Part shown: positions 57,601 through 64,000 of the stretch, one piece after another
How positions within the stretch are numbered: position 1 is the stretch's first letter
Layout of the letters: each line of letters starts with the position of its first letter
Assembly (NCBI GenBank): GCA_002269645.1
Contig: NIVC01000031.1
Coordinates: 1,364,001-1,428,000 of the forward strand
From: Macrostomum lignano
Taxonomy: Eukaryota
Length of the DNA: 64,000 nt
Direction: 5' to 3'
Program-made: the position numbers and the translations under genes
The notes under the pieces: generated by a model
What the model saw: the letters and a program-made list of their open reading frames with translations, nothing else
Databases searched by the model: none
Told to the model about the DNA's origin: nothing

Positions 57601-58459
57601 GCAACTTTAAAAAGCTTATGTGCGTGCAGCTTTATATTCTAAGAAATCTTATATAATTTCATTTAAATTTTGAATATTGCACTTGTTACAGAAAAACAAA
57701 GTTATTGCAAATTTAAAAACAAAGCTACTGGGAACAAGATTAAACTAAAAAAGAATAATATCATTTATTTTTTAAGATTTGTTTAAACTTTAATATAACG
57801 TAAAAAAGTTGCTAAGAAATTCAAGTGGCAAAAAAATCGCACATTCATGGGTAAAAAACTTGTGCAAAAAAATTATGTGCAACTTTTTGTTCCAAACTTG
57901 TCATGCAAAGATTCTATCCTAGTCATTTTATAATGACTGTAGCTTATTTCAAGTATTTGAATACAATTGAGAATTTAAATCAACTACATTTTATTATATT
58001 TTATTATTTATAAAAAGTAAAACAAAGTTTAAAATCAAGAAATTGTGCTGTAATGCAAAGCTTATAATAAAGTTTTAATTATAATAATACAAATGGAAAC
58101 ATTAATAATTTTTTTAAAATGAAAAATGTTAGTACAAACTGCCCTGCAACCCCTCTCAGTCTAGGCATTATGCCTGGTGTGCACCAAGCCTGACATAAAT
58201 GATGAAATTTCATCAGTTTTCTTCCGGCATAACTCTAAGCATGAAATGGACTATGGTAACAGTTTTGCTATTTTTATGGTTACATTATAGCTAGGCCCAG
58301 ATAATGTCTTATGCGTTAACCATAAAAATATCCATTTTGTTATTTATACAGTCACCGTAACAATAACAACTGCCATTTATGATTCACACAATGTTATAAC
58401 ACCTACCTGTCCTCAGCAGCTTTAATGTGCTGCTCAGCTTCAGCGATTTTTGAAGACAT
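51601..58459 (-). CDS. NAPG: Gamma-soluble NSF attachment protein (gamma-SNAP), 310 aa; exons 58459-58407, 53309-52989, 52159-51601
   Basis: MSSKIAEAEQHIKAAEDS|LKTGLLK...PDYDSAADEYAKAA, LFHAAK, ENGNPDSASLMLEKGAK|MLE, FRYMDNEFAKL and C-terminal EEFDGGLC. Phases 2/2, 933 nt. Confidence 0.95.
52195..52925. repeat. 37-bp minisatellite in NAPG intron 2
   Basis: Unit TCATTGTGACACAGTGTGGATTGCTAATCTATCCAGT, about 19 highly similar copies. Confidence 0.96.
55443..56172 (+). pseudogene. Degraded mariner-like (maT/DD37D-type) transposon in NAPG intron 1
   Basis: Begins TA|CAGGGTG. Interrupted ORF from 55586: GLHAGRSAREIVQF...EDLRYHSYSLKVHQLLT...FFSNEKVFVLDAKFNKHND...QSKYPASMMV...SNEGDAMP, with stops and deletions. 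No right TIR found. Confidence 0.8.
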
Positions 58460-59672
58460 TGTAAGAGTTAAAAAAATTATAAGGAAAAAAGATCAGATAG
58501 ATGCAGAGGTTCACGCAAACTTAAACTTAGGCCTAGTCACGTCAAAAATAACAATAAGATGAAGCAATTCCAATTCCAACTATACAAATGCAAATTTAGT
58601 TCACAGAATCACAGAATCTTTCTCTTTACAAATCGGCATTCTACGAAAATGTATATTTAAAGCATAATATATTGATAATAAATTTTATAAGTTTTATATT
58701 GCAAATAATGATTTTTAATTATTAACTTAATTTGATGTTAAAAAGTCCAGAATCAATTGCATTTAAAAATAAAAAAATATTGACTGCGTATCTAAACTTT
58801 GTTATAGCGGTTGTTGCGATGGTGTTGCTGTGCTGGTTCGGTTGAGTTTGATTTCTAAGTGGTATTTTATTTCTCGCAATTGATTCAAACGGTTAACCAT
58901 TGTGTGGCGACAATCTCATGATAGGAAATATTTTTATGGAACACTTTGTAATCATATTATATATAATTTTTTATAATAGCTACTTTCAGTTAATACGTCT
59001 TTGCTATTTGTTGTGTTTAAACTGATTTTTGGTAAAGATTCATAGATGGTGTCTAGAGAAGTGTCTTGGATCCTTAAACTAAGTGAATGATGACGCAACT
59101 GCTTTGATTATTATTTATTTATTTTAATGACAGAAGTTTAATATTTGATGGTTCATTCTTTTCTTCTTGGTTCGCATTTGCATAGCACTAGTACTCTTTC
59201 TACGTACGTTCAATACAGCTTTTAGATTTTAACCTCTAAATACAGAGAAATATTTTGGATGTTTGCAAATACTCATGTAACAAAGAGTACGAATATAGTT
59301 TTCTTATCAGCAATTTTCGGACTTATATAAATCTCCTAATAGGAGATAGGAGAAATATAAAACATGTTTTGGCTTAGCTATATGACGTTTACGCCAAATT
59401 TCCAGATGCTTGTGCATTTTCAACTTTATCTGTTTATACGAATTGTAGCTTTAGTTTTTGAGAAGTTTATTGTAAAATAACACATTTTTATTCTTTAGGC
59501 TTTTTTCTTTGCTAGGTAATTTGCATTTGCATAATTAACAATTATGGACTGTTTTTAGGGACAAGAGAGAATTTCTAATTAAGATGAGAAGCTAGTTCTA
59601 TTTGCTCAAGCTAATACATACTATGTTTTTAATACTAATAACTAATTTTCATAACCAATTTCAGTCACTGCC

Positions 59673-62600
59673 ATGTCAGTGACCAATGAGTTTCAACCGG
59701 ACACGGGCGGAAACGCCAACAATTCAGGCAACGGCACCGACCTGCTTGCCACCCGAACCATGCTAGACGCTGGCAAAGCCAGCTTCCCTGGCGCCAAGAG
59801 TCAGCTGCGCATGATGAAGCCCACCAAAGCGCAGCAGAGGACACAGGCGGCCCCGTCCAGCAACTACCTGGAGCCTCTGGTGAGTAAAGTGTTGCACCGG
59901 TGCCTTACCTACGTAAATTAGCATCCTCAATTTATACTGACAACTGTCTCAACGCTAAATTTTTCAGGCCACGCTGAAGCACCGGCAGCACATCAGCCAC
60001 CCGGATTATATCCGGCAGAAGGCCAAGGACAAGCTTCAAGAGGAGGGCCAATGGCGCGACGGCCCAGATCCGAAAAAGTTGCGTCGCTCCGGCGTCCTGG
60101 AGCCGCTGACCGACGAAACGCGCGCCGGCTTGCCGGAGCTGCCCGAGCCGCTCAAGGAGCGCCAGGAGAGCCTGAGCCGGCCGCAGAGCGCCGCTGCCGC
60201 TGCCGCCGCTGCGGAGGTCGGCGGTTCGATCTCTCCGGATGGAGGAGACGAACGAAAGGCGTCGGCTCAGGGCCGAGTTCACGCCGCATCGGCCAGCGTC
60301 AGCCGAACGAAGGTCGAAGTTGGTGAGCGAACCGGGTTGCTTGTAACTGTTCTACGTCGCTTTGCTCAAACTGGTAATTGCCTTCAACCATGCGAGATAT
60401 TCTGTGCAATAGTAAAATATCGCATTTGAATTGCTTTCAGAACCATAAAGTGTATCAGCTTAATTGCTTGAAGCCAAAGGTAACATCAATAAAGTCGTGA
60501 AGGATAGAACCAAAGTCACAAGCTCGGGAAACATTCAATTTTCCGTCACATTTTTTATTCTTCAAAGTCCGAATTGATCACAAGCAATCATACTTTGATG
60601 GTTTTTGTTGTATTGTTTTATTATTTCAAAGTTTGAATGCGTCAAATATCACAGCTTTCATATTTTTGTTGAATGAATGAGCTGATAGATTAGATCTTTC
60701 AACAACTTTATATCATTCGACATAATCCAGATGCTGCCCAATTCTATGGCGAAACCGACATAATGAAGGTGATCAACGTTCTGAGAGCCAATCCGAAGAT
60801 CAAATTCTTTTATTTGAATCCGGCCGTGCCAGTCACTAACGTCGGTTTCAATTCGTACAAGTTGAAGTAAGTAGCAATTTAGACAACGTGTAGCTTGGGG
60901 AAATGGAGACCGAGTAACTTAGCGTTAGAACATCCGATTTTTGGTGGGTCGTACACAGAAATTAACGATTCTTACTCCTATTGTGTGGGTGCTAAGGGGC
61001 AGACAGAACGAGAAAAAACTGTTTGCATCCTCGCTAGCTGCGTATCGACTGTCGCTAATAGCAACAACCGCTTGGTTTCCCGCGCAGAGTTGTCGACTAC
61101 AACAAAATGGACCAGAGCGATTATGCCACTCTCAGCATCGAAGGCGGCTTTGTGCGCATGCGAGAGGGCGACACCGACATTGAGTACCTGCCGCTGGATC
61201 GGTTCATCTACGAGTATAGCATCGTCGGCGAGATCGTGAAGCGCCGAACATTCTTCGACTTTAAGAAGTGGAAAGCCTTCATGACGTGGAAGAAGACTGT
61301 TAATTGGTTAAAAATCGATCGAGCCAAGAAAGGCCTGGAGGAGAATCTGTTCATTATCAATCGGTCACTGCGACCGGCAATTCTCAACGTTCGCGAGATG
61401 TGCTACCGAATCAGCGACATGGGCCTATGCAAGATAGACAAGGGTCGCACTTACAGACTGCCGGATTTCAAAACTGCCCAACAGGAGCAGCTAGATGAAG
61501 TGTCGAAACGACTGAAAGAATTCCGCGACTTGGTCAAGGAGGTTGTTCGAACTGCTTGTCGAACCGCTCTGCTGGAGGCAGGATTCACACCCGATGACTA
61601 CTTTGTTGACGAAGCCCTGATGGAGCCGCCAGGAACTGCCAGCAGTTACATGATGCAGAGCTACGACATGGACATCTACGCGGAGGAAAGTCCTGATAAG
61701 ATGACCTACACGGAGCAGGCTAATAAGCGCAACCATTGCCAGCGCCTGTCCTGCTTCATCCGTCTGGCCGACTACCTGATTGTGAACACGATGCACGTGC
61801 TAGCCGTCAATTCCGTGACCACAATGCTTAACTACCTGCAGGAGCAGTTGGCCAACACGCCGTCGCTCGAGGAGATTCAATCCTACAATCGGCAGGAGGA
61901 CGAAGACGATGACGATGAGGCCGAGGAGAAAGCGGCTGCGAAGGCTGCTGCGGCTGAAGCTTCGGCTCCGACTGACCCGGCGCAGCAACCCGGGCCGCCA
62001 GAAGAGCGCCCAAAATCTGGCACAGCTGCTGCCCCAGCTGAGGAGCCGGTGGCAAAAGTCCCACCGCTATTCATTACAGAATTCGTGCTTGACCTTTCTC
62101 AAATCGACTTTGCGCCGTCGAACAAAGACTTCGTTGACGAGATCAGCGTCATAGTTGACGCATTCAAAGATGTAGTGCTCAATGTGCAGAATCTTGTTCC
62201 AGACGCTTACTTCGACGCGTTCACTCGACCAATCATCAACAACAAGTTCGAGGAAAAGACGTGCGGAGATGGTCCCAGCCTGCACGTAAGTTTTCCCAGT
62301 CCTCAGGTTCAAAATTGCCTTACAATTAACTTGAATATCAACCTTAAATTAAAAAACTTTAGGCCATGTTCGAAGACGACAGACACCTGTCCGCCATTAC
62401 TCAGCAAATCCGGGACAGCCTGGATGCCGCATTCAACGCCGCCAATCAGTACTCGAACACGTTCGAGCCGTTCAGAAAGTTCTACCAAGAGAACGAGGCC
62501 ACGGACTTGGAGTCGTTCAAGCAGCTCAAATTGGTATGTTCGATTGAAAAGTTAGCTTCAGTCTAGTTTAATATTGACCGCCTACTAACAATAGTCTAAT

Positions 62601-64000
62601 TACTTAAAATACTTTTTAAGCCCCTGCTTTGAACAAAATAATTATTAATCAATGACTTTTAGTGCAATTACTAACTGTAAACCTGAAAATCTCGATTTCA
62701 AACTAACAAACTAACAATGCTCTCAACACAGCTTTTAACGAAGGATTTATCGGACCGCAGAAAATGCGCAGAGGTGACGAATTTTTCGAGCTACTTTACC
62801 TTAACAGTATATTTGCTACTGCTGTTCTTTGATGGAGAATTTTTGTTATTTATTTTCATTTTAGCAATTTTTTTCCTAAAGACTTTAAAAACTCTTTGAG
62901 AGCACATCCTTTTTCAAAATCGTTCAAATTTGAACGTGCAAAGTTTTTTTGAACTTTTACACATAATGTTTGAGAAACACACTCATCTTGCCTTGTTAAA
63001 GCTGTTAGGAAGCTCTGCACAAGAAAGCAAAACAATTCGCACTTTTAACTTGTTATTAGATTGCGTTTATCAGCGCTGAACTGAACTTTCTTGATTGGAT
63101 CATAGTTGATTAATCATAATCGGTTTTTCAGACGTGGAGTTCTTCCACGAGGCTCTGAAGCGGTACAATCGGCAGGAGCGCATGGCCACGGGCATCGTGG
63201 AGGAGCGCCCCATCGGAATGCTGCTGGTGAACGGAGCAAACATGAAGTCGCTGCTGATTCCATCGCCTCAGCGCTGCCTAGAAGCTATACACGATCTGCT
63301 GCCAAGGCTGGCTCGAGGCGAGGTTGATCGTCTGGTCAAGGAGAGCCAAGACGCTGAGTACAAGCTGCTCCAGGAGCCGAAGGACACCACCGACTATGTG
63401 GACCTGCTGACATTCCTGGACGAGATTCAACAGCGAATTGAACCATTAGAGAATGAGGCCGAGGTGGTTAAGGAGATGTACGAACTGGTTGACCACTTTA
63501 AAGTTCCTGTGCCGCCAGAGGATCAAGCAGTTTTCCAGACTCTGTTCCCCTCCATCGACAAGGCCAAGAACGCCATCGACAAAGCGCTGGCCGAGCGGGA
63601 GGCCAATGTGGACAAGTTTGTATCGTGCATGGAGCGCGACATTGCCGAGATCAATAAGGAGGTTCGCGAAGTGAAGCAGGAAGCTCAAAACCCAATGATC
63701 CTGGACGTAACCAGCGAGAAGGACAAGGTGATGAAAGAGGTGGCTAAGCTGCTCACAAGAATGGAGGAGCTTCGCAAGCGAGCCTACCAGTACAAGGCAT
63801 ACCAGAAGAACTTCAAGGTTGAACAGACTAAGTTTGACGAGTTGGAAGAGGTCCTCGCCGAGCTGAAGCTCAAGGAAATGCTCTGGAACTCCATTGACGA
63901 ATGGGACAAGTACCTTGATCAGTGGAAGGCTGCTCCCTTCATGGAGCTCGATGTCGAAGACTTAAGCAACACAACGATGAAATACATGAAGGCGGTGCAG
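59673..64000 (+). CDS. DNAH6: Axonemal dynein heavy chain, DNAH6-like, 5' part (continues beyond window); exons 59673-59879, 59968-60322, 60731-60866, 61088-62285, 62363-62533, 63132-end
   Basis: FKKWKAFMTWKK, LFIINRSLRPAIL, RLSCFIRLADYL, DAYFDAFTRPIINNKFEEKTCGDGPSL, IPSPQRCLE and LWNSIDEWD are typical of the DNAH6 stem. Exons 1-5 join in frame; the exon 5/6 junction is off by one base (see findings). Confidence 0.85.

Overview
This is eukaryotic (invertebrate animal) genomic DNA: intron-containing genes in the standard code, AT-rich intergenic DNA and many intronic minisatellites. The style fits a Macrostomum-like flatworm, but that host assignment is only an inference. I built seven gene models by hand from GT-AG junctions that keep the reading frame: STIP1/Hop (+, 549 aa), an octopine/tauropine-type opine dehydrogenase (+, 407 aa), ERO1 (-, 471 aa, with a 21-nt microexon), a large multidomain immune-like gene (-), a CABIT-domain gene (-, 607 aa), gamma-SNAP/NAPG (-, 310 aa) and the 5' part of a DNAH6-like axonemal dynein (+, runs off the window). 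The main finding is that five ORFs the track lists separately between 28.5 and 36.8 kb, plus unlisted exon sequence, splice in frame into one predicted 2111-aa protein. Its order is: about 23 x 33-aa helical repeats, ankyrins, a cGAS-like/Mab-21 nucleotidyltransferase fold with apparently degenerate catalytic acids, more ankyrins, a Gly/Ser linker, and a caspase with intact His/Cys. Every module is bounded by phase-2 introns. No transcript evidence is available, so the fusion is a prediction. The window also holds a solo LTR, MITEs with 8-bp TSDs, Tc1/mariner relics, a CORE-SINE and about 17 tandem-repeat arrays.
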